A stretch of DNA of 60,547 nucleotides from Octopus sinensis. Lineage: Eukaryota. The stretch's first letter is position 1; each line of letters begins with the position of its first letter. Made by a program: the position numbers and the translations under genes. The stretch lies in assembly GCF_006345805.1 (NCBI RefSeq), contig NW_021832546.1, positions 1-60,547 on the forward strand. Reading direction: 5' to 3'. Below, one piece after another: positions 25,966 through 39,210 of the stretch. The notes under the pieces were generated by a model that made no database searches, was not told the origin of the DNA, and saw only the letters and a program-made list of their open reading frames with translations.

Positions 25966-26829
25966 ATTAAAAAATAAACACTGACAGAAATTATTCAGAG
26001 GTTCATTACTTCAATTAGCTTTCTTCTAGTGTTCACTACACGAACTAAAGTAACACTACCCGACTATAAAACAGTTTGTTTCGTAACCCTTCATGACAAT
26101 TAAACTTGTCAAACTCTTCCATCGACTTTAAAAAGATGCGACAAATTATTTATATTTAGTGACAGTTATTAATTGCTGAAGATTGTGAAAAATGAGGTGG
26201 TGATGGATGCTGTGACGAGGAATGGAATGAAATAGCTAAAGAATGATGAAAGTCGCTGGGTTAGGGGAATGATGGAAATGAATGTCGAAACAGAGAAAAA
26301 GGAAGACGAAGAAAAGAGAAGACGACAAAGACGATGGCGAATGATACATCATCTAAGTGAAGCTGAAAGGCAAGTTTCAGAGTGATGTCATGTTTTTCAA
26401 AATCATTTTATCTTTTATTATATTCGTCTATTAATGAGTCTAGAACTGACTCGTATTCTTCAAAAATTCATAGATATTTTCTTCATTTTCACTAATTACG
26501 TTCGTAAGCTGAGGAAAGTGTTCTTCTGAAAGTTTTGGTTGAGCCAAAAGGAATTTGAAAAACGACAATGTTTTTCTAAAAGCCCAAAGTTTTTACCACA
26601 TATCACAAATACATTTATTTTTGCCTTGCAACGAAATGTTTGACTCATTTTGTTTTGACATCACATCACATAAAAACGCAACATCTCTGTAAAAATTTGG
26701 ATCAGATAAATCACAATGTTTGAAAAAGTCAAATTATTTGCCTTCGTAAAAACAAAATTTTGACCAATATTTTTCCCTTGCGACAACCAGCGTACTTTTG
26801 CAGTGATAAGGCAAATCCACATTAATTAC

Positions 26830-27445
26830 TTCGTCACCCATCATCAGCATGATTCCACAATTGACGATGTTTCAGGGCATTTGCTTGAACATAGTTTACA
26901 ATATTTATAACCTTCTGCAGTGTCATTTAAAATGACAGATTTTGCACAGAGATTTTACTGATGTAAGATACAATGAAAAGAGATCAGTACATTTGGTTTT
27001 TTGGTTACTCATTTATGATATGCAATAAATCCTTCATTTTCAGCCATCATAGCTGGAGCACGATCCATGCACACACTTACCACATTAGTAAAACTTAGTC
27101 CTACTTTATGTCATGGCTCTTTGAAGTTGTTAAAAATATCTATCCCTCGCGTCCTTCCTTTAAGGGTGCCTAAAGCAAATAATTCTTCATATAATTGAAA
27201 ATCATCAGTTAGCACGAATAAAAGACAATATTTGCACTGAATCTGTGGAATCTGTCGATTCATCCAAAGCTACAGAACAATATACATTTTCTTTTTGGAT
27301 TATATTTTTCAATTGCTCTCTTACATTACAGGCCAATTCATGCAGTCGATCTGTATTAATCCTCCTTGAAAGAGGCACCTCTTTATATTTGTTAACTTTT
27401 TTGGCATCTACACATCCTACCACTTCTAAAATACATTCCGTTAGG
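26830..27445 (-). pseudogene. hAT (Charlie/SPIN/Buster-like) transposase relic
   Basis: VPLSRR..., SVALDESTDSTDSVQILSFIR, VCMDRAPAM, FHCILHQ*NLCAKS, with stops and frameshifts. Confidence 0.85.
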
Positions 27446-27467
27446 AATCGACGTAAACTTAAATAAT

Positions 27468-27551
27468 AAACCGCGATAGGTGAACCGCGATAGGTGAACC
27501 GCGATAGTGAACCGCGATAGATGAACCACGATATTGCGAGGAATTACTGTA
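27468..27551. repeat. ~14-bp tandem repeat (gaaccgcgataggt) x5 ending in a pogo/Tigger-like terminus
   Basis: Ends ...gatattgcgaggaattactg-ta. Confidence 0.6.
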
Positions 27552-27717
27552 TATTTATGCGTCTGTGAGTGTGTGTGTTTCTTTCCTTGTGCTTCTCTCT
27601 CAGACTTTTCCGTATCTTCTTTGCTTCTGTCAATTCGTCCCTATATATGTATGTGAGTACCTGTGTATGTGCATTTGTGTGTATGTATGTATGTATGTGT
27701 ATGTAATGTGTATGTAT

Positions 27718-28127
27718 ACTCTTTACTCTTTTACTCTTTTACTTGTTTTAGTCATTTGACTGCGGCCATGCTGGAGCACCGCCTTTAGTCGAGCAAATCG
27801 ACCTCGGGACTTATTCTTTGTAAGCCCAGTATTTTTGCCGAACCGCTAAGTGACGGGGACGTAAACACACCAGCATCGGTTGTCAAGCAATGCTAGGGGG
27901 ACAAACACAGACACACAAACATATACACACACACTTATATATACATATATATATACATATATACGACAGGCTTCTTTCAGTTTCCGTCTACCAAATCCAC
28001 TCACAAGGCATTGGTCGGCCCGGGGCTATAGCAGAAGATACTGGCCCAAGATGCCACGCAGTGGGACTGAACTCGGAACCATGTGGTTGGTTAGCAAGCT
28101 ACTTACCACACAGCCACTCCTGCGCCT
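27718..28127 (-). mobile_element. Family-A SINE
   Basis: Full-length match. Confidence 0.92.
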
Positions 28128-28132
28128 ATATG

Positions 28133-28220
<88 letters not shown>

Positions 28221-28235
28221 CTATATATATATATA

Positions 28236-28271
<36 letters not shown>

Positions 28272-28438
28272 CATGTTTTTATATATGTTTATACGTATGT
28301 CTGTCAATCTGTTGATCGACCTATTGTTCTCTATTTTTGTTCCTCATCAGTCTCTTCTCTGTATTTCTCTTTCGCTTATTTACGACTTATCTCTTTTGAG
28401 TTTCATCCTTACACCTTTCTTTGTCCACCTCTCTTCTC

Positions 28439-28474
<36 letters not shown>

Positions 28475-28804
28475 TGTCACTTTATATCTTGTTCTTCTCC
28501 TTCTCTCACTCCCATTGAATTTGCACCCTCACTGATACAAATTGCCTGCTTCAGTGCAATTTTACAAAAAATCACGCTATCCCCCACTCCGCCCGTCACT
28601 ATTACAGTTGTTGTCTCTGACATTTACATAACATTTCCAGGAAAGGTGAGAATCGTACACGAAATCTCTTTAAGCGACACGCAACAGCTGTGTTTATGTG
28701 TATATGTACATACATACATAAATACATACATATTATAGTCATACAGACATGCATACATACACACATTCGTATATAATATATGTGTATGTGTTACATGTAT
28801 ATAA

Positions 28805-28838
<34 letters not shown>

Positions 28839-29171
28839 TATATATATATATATTATATATATAATATATATAATATATATATATATACATGCATATAATA
28901 TATATATAATATATATATATATACACACATGCATATATATATATATGTATATGTATATATATAAGTATACATGAATGCAAACATGCATTTATATAAGCAT
29001 ATATAAAGGTATGTATATATGCATTTATAAATATTTTATTTGGATTTATTATTTTATTTTAAGTTACCTCACCCCATTGCAAAATTCCAGTCAGTTCCTA
29101 ACAATGTGGGCCAGGCCCATTTGCTCATGTCAAGACAGCTCTTCGGATTGCGGTCACCTGAATTAGTATGT

Positions 29172-30066
29172 TTACGGTGTTCGGGCAAAATTTAGCGATT
29201 TTTATCTTGTTTTTCTTCTTTTTTTTTTCGGGAAGGGATTTATATATTGGGGAATAATCAACGGCCTTGGAAAGCATGGAAGTTAAAGTTGCAGTTAAGG
29301 AAAAGATAGCTGACATCACAGACTCCTGGAAGCAATCTGAGTATTGGAAAAGGGTTACCTGTCTCATGATGGTTCGCTCCGAGTGTCAAAATGCAGACAT
29401 CACGACTGCTGCTCAATGTTCTGCGAATACTTGTATAGGCTATAAGACTTGTCCCGCGTATCATGAAAACCAAGTTCCTCAAAACGTTTACGATCTTTGA
29501 GTGAGGCTCCAGTGCAAGTGACGGCAAAGCCGCCCCACATCTTTGGACAAGGCTCGTTTCAAACGACTATGTGAAGCTGCTGAAGATGGTCAAACCTTGG
29601 CTGGAAAGAGTAGCTGCTACAAGGTCTCCATGTGTGACAGCAGGATTCGGTTCCTTGCCATGCTTCCGGATAATGTTAGAACTGATTGTCGGAGAATTTC
29701 TACGACTTCACCAGCCCCAATTTCTGGCCTCCTAATTCCCCTGATTGTAATCCGATAGGTTACTATGCGCACTTGAGAAAGACACTAACCGCTCAGCTTG
29801 CAACACCAAGGTTCAAGCTGGCGGCGAAGCTCGAGGAGTTTTTGGAAGATCTTCCAAGCAACACAGTGAGGAACGCATGCGCCTGGTTCCGGGGCTGTCT
29901 TGAGGCCTTGGTTGAAGATGAGTGTGGCTACTCTGAGTAAACTGATATCTTCCAGCTATAATCTTCTTGATACTTTTTTAATTTTTTAAATTCTTTTATT
30001 TTTGGATGGGATTTTGTGCTTTCGTTTCCTTTAATGCAAACTTTCAAATTTTGCCCAAAAACCCTG
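29172..30066 (+). mobile_element. Internally deleted Tc1/mariner (maT/DD37D-like) element with TIRs
   Basis: NFWPPNSPDCNPIGYY...RNACAWFRGCLEALVEDECGY; ends cggtgttcgggcaaaattt / aaattttgcccaaaaaccctg. Confidence 0.8.
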
Positions 30067-30199
30067 TGTATATGCGTGCGTGTTATGTGCATGTGTTTGC
30101 GTACGGATAAACTTGCACTAGTAGAGACGTGTGCTACAATATACACAAAAGTGTATGTTTCATTACTGTGTCGTATATATGTGTGGGTGGGGTGTGTGG

Positions 30200-31140
30200 G
30201 GTGTATGTTTGTGTGTCTGTGTTTGTCCCCCAACATCGCTTGACAACCGATGGCGGTGTGTTTACGTCCCTGTAACTTAGCGGTTCGACAAAAGAGACCG
30301 ATAGAATAAGTACTATGCTTACAAGTCCTGGGGTCGATTTGCTCGACTAAAGGCGATGCTCTAGCATGACCACAATCAAATGACTGAAACAAGTAAAAGA
30401 GTAAAAGAGTATATAAAAGAGGTGAGCTCGCAAAAAACGTTAGCGTGCCGAACAAAATGCCGAACGACATTTCGTCTGTCTTCATGTTTTGAGTTCAAAT
30501 TCCGCCGAAGTCGACTTTGCCTTTCATCCTTTTGGGGTCGATAAAATAAGAACCAGTTGAACACTGGAGTCACAATGGGCTAAACACAGAGAGGACAAAC
30601 AAGGACAGATAAACGGATTAAGTCGATTATATCGACCCCAGTGCGTAACTGGTACTTATTTAATCGACCTCGAAAGGATGGATAGGCAAAGTCGACCTCG
30701 GCGGAATTTGAACTCAGAAAGTAGCGGCAGACGAAATATTGCTAAGATTTTCGCCTGGCGTGCTAAAGTTTCTGCCAGCTCGCCGCCTTCCAATTATTCG
30801 GCATTCCTTCGATATATATTTCTTTACTACCCACAAGGGGCTACACACAGAGGGGACAAACAAGGACAGACAAACGGATTAAGTCGATTATATCGACCCC
30901 AGTGCGTAACTGGTACTTAATTTATCGACCCTGAAAGGATGAAAGGCAAAGTCGACCTCGGCGGAATTTGAACTCAGAACGTAATGGCAGACGAAATACG
31001 GCTACGCATTTCGCCGACGTGCTAACGTTTCTGCCAGCTCGCCGCCTTCGATATTTCTTTATTGCCCACAAGGGGCTAAACATAGAAGGGACAAACAAGG
31101 ACAGACAAAAATTGCTGGCCTTGTGCCAAAGTTTGAAATC
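30200..31140. mobile_element. SINE cluster: family-A 3' part (+) followed by several family-B copies (-)
   Basis: Repeated family-B bodies at ~30415-30570, 30575-30790 and 30820-31050, plus tail pieces. Confidence 0.85.
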
Positions 31141-31505
31141 TATATTAATGTAGTAACAGCTGAGATGTGAGTGGTGTGCAACCACAGCTGTCGGTCCCAA
31201 CAGTACTAGCAATCACGAAGTGAGCCGTGTTATGTGTTACTGTGTGTGTGTATGAGAGGGAGAGAGAAGAGAGAGAGAGAGAAGAGAGAGAGAGTTGGAT
31301 TGTGTGTGAGACAAAGAACGAGAGGGAGAACGGGGCGGGGTATGCGCGGGTATGTTTTGTATGGTTTCATGTTCTGCTTGTAACGCGTGTGCCTCTGTGA
31401 GGTGTATGCTGACACGCGCGACACAGATTAGAAGGTGAGAGGTTGACACATTTGGTAAATGGTAATCGATGTATCGAACGTTCAATCAACCAATCAGCGC
31501 GATAC
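31140..31505. promoter_or_regulatory. Candidate promoter/enhancer (GC box, CCAAT box, E-boxes)
   Basis: ggggcgggg 31332-31340; aaccaatcagcg 31488-31499; two CAGCTG; locally CpG-rich unique sequence. Confidence 0.3.
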
Positions 31506-31976
31506 GCATTCTTCTATATACATTTGTGTCTGGGTGTGTATATATATTATATATATATTGTATATGCATGTCTCTCTCTTTTCTCTCTCTATATATATAT
31601 GTGTGTATGTATGGTTGTGTGCGTGTCCATATAACATGTGTGTATATGTTTATATATATATATTCGTACATGTATACAAAAAAAAATAAATAAAATAAAA
31701 TAAAATAAAATAAAATAATAATAATAAAAATATATATTTAAAATTTATAAGTTTAAATTATTTAAATAATTTTTTTTAATTTTAACTTTAATTTAAATAT
31801 TTTAATTTGGAATTTTATATTTTATATTTTTTATATTTATATTTTATATTTTTTAATTAATTTTTTTCTATCTATTGGCTTATGATTTTCACTGTTTGAT
31901 TTGCCTAATAGTGGTTTTATCTCTAATTTTATATATATATATATATATATGTATTTATATATATATGTATTTATAT

Positions 31977-32410
31977 ACTCTTTTACTTGTTTCAGTCATT
32001 TCACTGTGGTCATGCTGGAGGACTGCCTTTAGTCGAGCACATCGACCCCAGGACTTATTCTATCGGTCTCTTCTGCCGAACCGCTAAGTTACGGGGATGT
32101 AAACACACCAGCATCGGTTGTCAAGCGATGCTGTTGGGGACAAACACAGACACACAAACATATACACACACACATACATACACACACATACATACATACA
32201 TACATACATACATACATACATACATACATACATACATACATACATACGATGGTCTTCTTTCAGTTTCCATCTACCAAATCCACTCACAAAGCTTTGGTTG
32301 GCCCGAGGTTATAGTAGAAGACACTTGCTCAAGGTGCCACGCAGTGTGACTGAACCCGGAACCATGTAGTTCATAAGCAAGCTACCTACCACACAGCCAC
32401 TCCTATGCCT
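31977..32410 (-). mobile_element. Family-A SINE with internal (CATA)n expansion
   Basis: Head and tail match. Confidence 0.9.
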
Positions 32411-32589
32411 ATGAATATTCGAAATATTCTACGATTCTTCACCAAGCACAAATTGATTTGGCTGGGAAGATGCAAGCCAATTAATTTTCACCTTTCTTGG
32501 AAACACCCATTATTTTCAGGTTTTTGATCAGAGCACCTACCATTATGTACAACTGAAAAACTAAGACTCGATTACAAGATATACCAGTA

Positions 32590-32765
32590 GATGCTGAAAA
32601 GACCCAACCTTTCTAGTTCTTTTACAGGGCTCAGAAAACCCGAAGGACCGCTGCAATAGCTGCGTGAATCTGAGAGGGGAATAAGTTGAATAAAATCATA
32701 ATTAACTGATCCTCTTGTATTTTCTTTCACCCAAAGCCAGGAACTTTTCAGCAACCACTCATACA
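32590..32765 (-). mobile_element. Mariner-like terminal fragment
   Basis: tatgagtggttgctgaaaagttcctggc terminus resembles mariner TIRs. Confidence 0.45.
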
Positions 32766-32769
32766 TAGT

Positions 32770-33240
32770 GGTTGCAACAAAATGCAACCAAACGCGTACC
32801 CTCCATCAGACACCTACCATACTCTGAGCGCCATGTTTCCCTGGGCATGGATTCACTGAAGCTCCGGCATCTGGCGACGGACTTGGTAAACACCCACAAA
32901 GTTATCAACCACCTCACCAACAACAACACTGAACACCTTTTTGATCTCCAGTGTCTAACACCGTGGACATGCCTACAAAATCAGAAAGCCCAGCTCCCAT
33001 GACTTTCGGAAACATCTTTTCACGCTCAGAGTTGCTGAAGCATGGAACAACACTGCCTGCGTCAGTTGTTGACTGCAGACACGGCACTGCATCCTTAAGG
33101 CCCTCATGCTTTCCGAAATCCGCCGAAACTACACCTGATTATATATACATTTAGATGAGTTGTAGTGCACCTGAGCACTGTACACAATTATTATGATTAT
33201 ATTTTATATTATTATTATTATTATATTATTATTATTATTA
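32770..33240 (+). mobile_element. CR1-like LINE 3' end with (ATT)n tail
   Basis: QNATKRVPSIRHLPYSERHVSLGMDSLKLRHLATDLVNTHKVIN; FRKHLFTLRVAEAWN. Confidence 0.82.
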
Positions 33241-33585
33241 GATATATATTTGTACGCCAATTACATTCAAACCTTCACAAATTCCTATATATATATTTAC
33301 ATGTGTACAAACATACCCCCACATATGGCTCACCTTAACTTGTCTTTGTACATTCGAAAATCCCAAAACTAAGTTGATTCAAACAATGAAATCTTGTCAA
33401 TGCCTCGGTAACCGCCTGAATTCTGCGAAAAATAGTTTAAATAATCTCAAAAAAAAACACCTAATTACACACACACGTTTTCATAGATACAAACATACAC
33501 ACACACACCACACAAACACACTATATATATATATATATAGGTTATATATATATTATATATATATATATATTATAATATATATATA

Positions 33586-33668
33586 CCGGAAACTGTCCGA
33601 TGAACGGCAACGTGAAACTCAGAGTTAACAGGTTTTTGTTGAAATTTCTGCGTGCTTTAAATAAAGTA
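33586..33668 (+). ncRNA. Minimal type I hammerhead motif (33593-33631) in a (TA)n-embedded short repeat
   Basis: ctgt-CCGATGA-acg gcaa cgt-GAAA-ctcagag-TT-a-acag; family member on the minus strand at 37949-38100. Confidence 0.62.
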
Positions 33669-33696
33669 ATATATATATATATATATATATATAAGA

Positions 33697-33778
33697 TAAG
33701 AAGAAGAAGAAGAAGAAGAGAAGAAGAAGAAAAGAAGAAGAAGAAGAAGAAGAAGAAGAAGAAGAAGAAGAAGAAGAA
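33697..33778. repeat. (AAG)n microsatellite
   Basis: Direct inspection. Confidence 0.95.
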
Positions 33779-34029
33779 AACTGTAGTCAGACTAGGAAAA
33801 AATTGTGATTCGTCTTATTTCAGTGCTCAAAGCACGCCGTATGTCATAAAAATACTCTTACGGCTCCGTTATGACTTTATTCAAATCTTCTCGATAAATT
33901 TGACCCGGCGCTAAACAACTCTCCACTCCAAGTAATATATTTTCCTTGAAGTGAATATTATATATTATTGCGAATAATGTTTTCTCTACAAAAGATGTGA
34001 TTCATAAATGGTTAATATTTAGAAAGCTT

Positions 34030-34231
34030 AAGGCGACGAGCTAGCAGAATTGTTAGCGTGCCGGGCAAAATCCTCAGCGGCATTTCGTCCGTCGCTGTTC
34101 TGAGTTCAAATTCGGCCGAGATCGAATTCTTTCGGGGTCGCTAAAATAAGTACCAGTTGAGCACTGGGGTCGATGTAATCGACTTACCCCCTCCTGCGAA
34201 ATTGCTGGCCTTATGCCAGAATTTGAAACCG
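34030..34231 (+). mobile_element. Family-B SINE (alternative tail) with TSD
   Basis: atatttagaaa(g/c)cttaa flanks both sides. Confidence 0.82.
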
Positions 34232-34429
34232 ATATTTAGAAACCTTAAATTTCTAAACTTAAGTTCTCTCTTCAAGGCATGCATTAATTTCTACTTCCCC
34301 TGGCAAAGCAAAAATATGCTTTTCAATTAGCTTACGGCTGTGGAAACTAAGATATGCACCAGATCGTCTCATCTGAAATATTTCTTAATGGCAGACTGAA
34401 ATCGAATTAGAATACAAAATAGAAAATAC

Positions 34430-34730
34430 ATATTTTGTTTTTGGATTTGGTTTGCAAGATTCTTTATGTGAGTTCATGTGTTGAAGCATATTCTGTTGTA
34501 TCTGGGGAGAGTCATTTTCTTTCTATATATACACTCACCGGCAAAATTTCCATAATTTTCATTGCGTCTTGCAACCTTTTCAATGGTCAAGACTATTGAA
34601 ACGGTTGCAAGACGCAACGAAAATTTTAGGAAAATAAAAATAAGAAAAAAAAGTGGAAATTTTACGGTGAGTGTGTTAGATTATAAGGCACAAAAAGAAA
34701 ATGACTCTCCCCAGACACAACAGAAAATAC
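34430..34730. mobile_element. Fold-back element with a hammerhead 3'-half at the apex
   Basis: Inverted arms ~34488-34588 and 34591-34725; apex aatggtc aa gactatt GAAA cgg TT gcaag. Confidence 0.55.
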
Positions 34731-34769
34731 ATAAATATAGAACAAATATTCTCTGTTGATATTTTGCCA

Positions 34770-35053
34770 CGATGATTCCAGTGGATCCAATCAACGGAAC
34801 AACCTGCTCGTGCAATCGGCTGAGCACTCTACAGACACGCGTATCCTTAACGTAGTTTTCAGGGAGATTCAGCGGCGTGACGTAACATGTGACAAGGCTT
34901 TGAATTACAGGTACAATTCCTTTTTGTCAGTTGACCGAACTGGAGCAGCGTGAAACAAAGTGTCTTGCTCAAGGAAACAACGCGCTGCCGAGAATCGAAC
35001 TCACAACCTTACGATCGTGAACCGATTACCCTAACCAATAAGCCATGCGCCTT
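34770..35053 (-). mobile_element. SINE head C + tail Y
   Basis: Matches 4993-5318. Confidence 0.82.
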
Positions 35054-35079
35054 CACATCTTTTGTTTGAAAACTTGTTA

Positions 35080-35290
35080 ATGTTGTTGTTGTTGTTGTTG
35101 CTGCTGCTGTTGCTGTTGTTCTTCTTCTTCTTCTTCTTCTTCTTCTTCTTCTGCTTCTGCTTCTTTTTCTTCTTCTTCTTCTTCTGCTTCTTTTTTCTTC
35201 TTCTTCTTCTCCTTCTTCTTCTTCTTCTTCTCCTTCTCCTCCTCTTCCTCCTTCTTCTACTGCTTCTTTTTTTTCTACTTCTACTCCTTT
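35080..35290. repeat. (TTG)/(CTG)/(TTC)n trinucleotide tract
   Basis: Direct inspection. Confidence 0.92.
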
Positions 35291-35620
35291 AGCCCGACGG
35301 AACTCAGATTTGATCCAGCAGATTGTTAATAAAAGACATTTCTAATATTGATCTTCCTGTCCTTTTTGTACGCTTCTTTATTTAAACGGTAGAGCGTGAT
35401 TTAAAGAAACAATGGCTGTTATTTCTCACGAGCCAAATGACGATGTAGAGGTTCCTTAAAAGTACGTTCGATTAGTTCAGTTGTCATGAAAAGTGAAGAA
35501 TTGAACGCTTCGCTGCTTTCGCCTTCATTAACAAACGAGAGAAAGCGAAGCTACGGTTGGGAGTTACGGGCCAAGTAAAATGCTAACTGCTCAAGATATG
35601 ATACTAGTTATTATATAATA

Positions 35621-36856
35621 AGGGCGGCGAGCTTGGCAGAATCGTTAGCCCGCCAGGCGAAATGCTTAGCGGTATTTCGTCTGCCGCTACGTTCTGAGTT
35701 CAAATTCCGCCGAGGTCGACTTTGTCTTTCATCCTTTCGGGGTCGATAAATTAAGTACCAGTTACGCACTGGGGTCGATACAATCGACTTAATACCTATG
35801 TCTGTCCTTGTTTGTCCCCTCTGTGTTTAGCCCCTTGTGGGCAATAAAGAAATAGGTATTTCGTCTGCCGCTACGTTCTGAGTTCAAATTCCACCGAGGT
35901 CGACTTTGCCTTTCATCCTTTCGGGGTCGATAAATTAAGTACCAGTTACGCACTGGGGTCGATGTAATCGACTTAATCCGTTTGTCTGTCTTTGTTTGTC
36001 CCCTCTGTGTTTAGCCCCTAGTGGGTAATAAAGAAATAGGTATTTCGTCTGCCGCTACGTTCTGAGTTCAAATTCCGCCAAGGTCGACTTTGCCTTTCAT
36101 CCTTTCGGGGTCGATAAATTAAGTACCAGTTATGAACTGGGGTCGATGTAATCGACTTAATACCTATGTCTGTCCTTGTTTGTCCCCTCTGTGTTTAGCC
36201 CCTTGTGGGTAATAAAGAAATAGGTATTTCGTCTGCCGCTACGTTCTGAGTTCAAATTCCGCCGAGGTCGACTTTGCCTTTCACCCTTTCGGGGTCGATA
36301 AATTAAGTACCAGTTACGCACTGGGGTCGATGTAATCGACTTAATACCTATGTCTGTCTTTGTTTGTCCTCTCTGTGTTTAGCCCCTAGTGGGTAATAAA
36401 GAAATAGGTATTTCGTCTGCCGCTACGTTCTGAGTTCAAATTCCGCCGAGGTCGACTTTGCCTTTCATCCTTTCAGGGTCGATTAAATAAGTACCAGTTA
36501 CGCACTAGGGTCGATACATTTATGTGTTTACTCCGGTATATATATATATGTCTGTATATACATACATATTGAGTATCATCGGATAGTTGATGTTTTACTG
36601 ATTTAAGTATATTTCTCCATTCTCTAATTTTGTAGTATATACATACATATATATTCCTACATGCACACACAAACACACTCACACGAACACTCACACACAC
36701 GCGTACTCGCACACAAATGTATATATACATATATACACACACATATAAATATATACGCACAAATCTATTGATATTTATATACACAATTTACAATCCGTTT
36801 GTCTGTCCTTGTTTGTCCTCTCTGTGTTTAGCCCCTTGTGGGTAGTAAAGAAATAG
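35621..36856 (+). mobile_element. Family-B SINE tandem array: five 184-bp units, last one interrupted
   Basis: Unit starts (ggtatttcgtctg) at 35671, 35855, 36039, 36223, 36407; insertion at ~36516-36791; tail resumes ~36792. Confidence 0.93.
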
Positions 36857-37886
36857 ATATAATAATAGTTTTTCTCTTTTCTCAAATAGCAAGGATCGAA
36901 ACGTTAGACTCCACACACCCCACGTTAACTTAACATATCAAACTCTCTTATGAGCTTTCATATGCACAACTTTTTACTGACTCAGACTATTACCAGTTAC
37001 CTTGGATTCCCGATATGCAAACTTGTCGTAACTATTTATAGATACGGGGATAAATCGTCATTGGAGTCCTCTAAACCTGATGGCAGATTACACAATGAAA
37101 ACTTTATCGGGCTGATCGAAAATACCTTTATATTTAGATTAACACAACACACAAAATCTTTTAGAAGCTGAAATAAAAGAAATGCAACAGCACTTTCGAA
37201 ATATATTTGATTTTTGAAAAACAGAGGAGAAAAACACGATAAAATGGTGTATGCTAAAGTGAAAGACACACAATGGTAACTGCTGCTATCTAGGGGCGCC
37301 TACAAAATTCAAAATCTTGATTCTACTTCGATATATCATGAGCAAGACAGAAGAAACTTTTTTATAATCTCTCTAGGATAAAACAAAAACTTGCTTAGAT
37401 TACCAACCAAATTTTCTTGTTTATTTAAGATCGTAGGATATAATTTGAGGTAAAAAAAAAAGGTAGCTACTATTTCTAGCACATTAAGCAGCCACCTAGA
37501 TGGCACCGATGTTGGCCGTTCTCTTTATCTATTATCGCTCGCTCAGACTAATTTTTAATATTTGTCAGCAAATTGTTCTATTGAAGGATAATGATATAGA
37601 ACAAATTAATATTGTAGTTGCCACATGTTACCTTTACTAGATACAATGAACAAAACATCTGTCTTGCACAAACAGACTTTATCATATGTGTGCCCTATAT
37701 AGGCACATATATAAATATGTATATAAGAGTAAGTTGTGTATATAAATATTAATTGATTTGTGCGTATATATTTATATGTGTGTGTATATATGTATATATA
37801 CATTTGTGTGCGAGTACGCGTGTGTGGGAGTGTTCGTGTTCGTGTGTTTGTATGTGTATGTAGGTATATATATGTATGCATATACA

Positions 37887-37948
<62 letters not shown>

Positions 37949-37950
<2 letters not shown>

Positions 37951-38100
37951 GGAGTAAGCACATAATTGTGAAACAAGGTGGGAAAAAAGAGTACTCAAAT
38001 ACCAGAGGTAGAGTAATGTGCTTTATTTAAAAGCAGCAGAAATTTAACAAAAGCTCGGAATTACTCCGAGTTTCATGTTCCCGTTCGTCGGACAGTTTTG
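37949..38100 (-). mobile_element. Short hammerhead-bearing repeat (same family as 33586)
   Basis: ctgt-CCGACGA-acg ggaa cat-GAAA-ctcggag-TA; shared downstream sequence ttttgtt..aatttctgc.tgc.tttaaataaag. Confidence 0.65.
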
Positions 38101-39210
38101 CATCGTCAGCGTAGGTGCTGAGAGTGGCTGACTGTACGACTGACGGCATGTCCGAAAGAACCACTACAAACAGTAGTGGTCCCAGAACAGTTCCCTGATG
38201 AAGTCCGCTGCGGATTGAGAGAACACCATTGGCTGCAACTGCCTGACTTCTGTCCTTTAAAAAGTCGTGCAGTCACCTCTTCCCGTTTTCCATTAATACC
38301 AAGGTCGCGTAGTTTGTGGCATAGAATCCCATGATCAACTTTATCAAAGGCTTTGGCAAAGTCTAGATATATCACGTCCACATTTGATTGGTTGAGCTGC
38401 TGTTTCAGTACCCAATTATAATGTTGTAGTAACTGTGAGGCAGCGCTTCTCCGGGCGGAAACCATGTTGTACGTTTGTGTGCAGATTGTTTTTTTTTCCA
38501 GGAACGTGATCAGTCTCTTTCTGACAATGCATTCCATGACCTTGCTAACATGTGAAGTCAGAGAGATAGGTCTGTAATTTTTAGCATCTGCTCTGCTTTT
38601 TACTTTATGGATGGGGTATATAATACCTTCTTTTAATAGTCTGAGAAGTTTTCTATATGCAAGGAAACTCTGAAAATGCATCTGCTGTGGTTTTGCAAGA
38701 GCTTTTTACATGTTTTTAGAACAGACGGAAATCCATCCGTGCCCCGTTGCTGAGTTTGAGCTCTTGTTATCAATGGCCAATATTACATCTTCCTCTTTAT
38801 TTCGATGTACTCGATGGTTGTTTTTTTTCCCCATGCAGGTCTGCAGTGTGGAAGAACTCTTTAGGCTCGCCTACTTCTCAGTTTCCCAGTAGAAGTATGA
38901 AGATACTCTGGAATTGCACATTTAGCACTTGACCCATCCTCATGGGGTCTGCAGTTAGCGAGCCGTCTTCAAACAGTGGCCCTATCTTGTAGGGCACTGA
39001 GGCAGACTCTTTCGCGAACATGTAGAAGGCTTTGGGATTTATTTTTGTATTTTCCACCGCCCTAGTTTCTCTTTATACCCTTTCCTTTTCATGTGAGATT
39101 CTGACTTACTTTTCGATCTCTAAATGTCTCTCTTCAAGGGGGAATTTCTCGCTGTCAATAAGCTGTTAATTCAAGCTATTGGTGGTCTTTATTCTCTTTC
39201 TCATAAGGAC
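38101..39210 (-). pseudogene. CR1-like LINE reverse transcriptase relic
   Basis: NYRPISLTSHVSKVME, VDVIYLDFAKAFDKVDH, QGTVLGPLLF, YADD at 38102-38113; frameshifted. Confidence 0.92.

Noticed and set aside
35671-36515. Regularly spaced repeats suggestive of a CRISPR array
   Set aside because: Whole 184-bp units repeat with no unique spacers; SINE-derived; eukaryotic context; no cas genes
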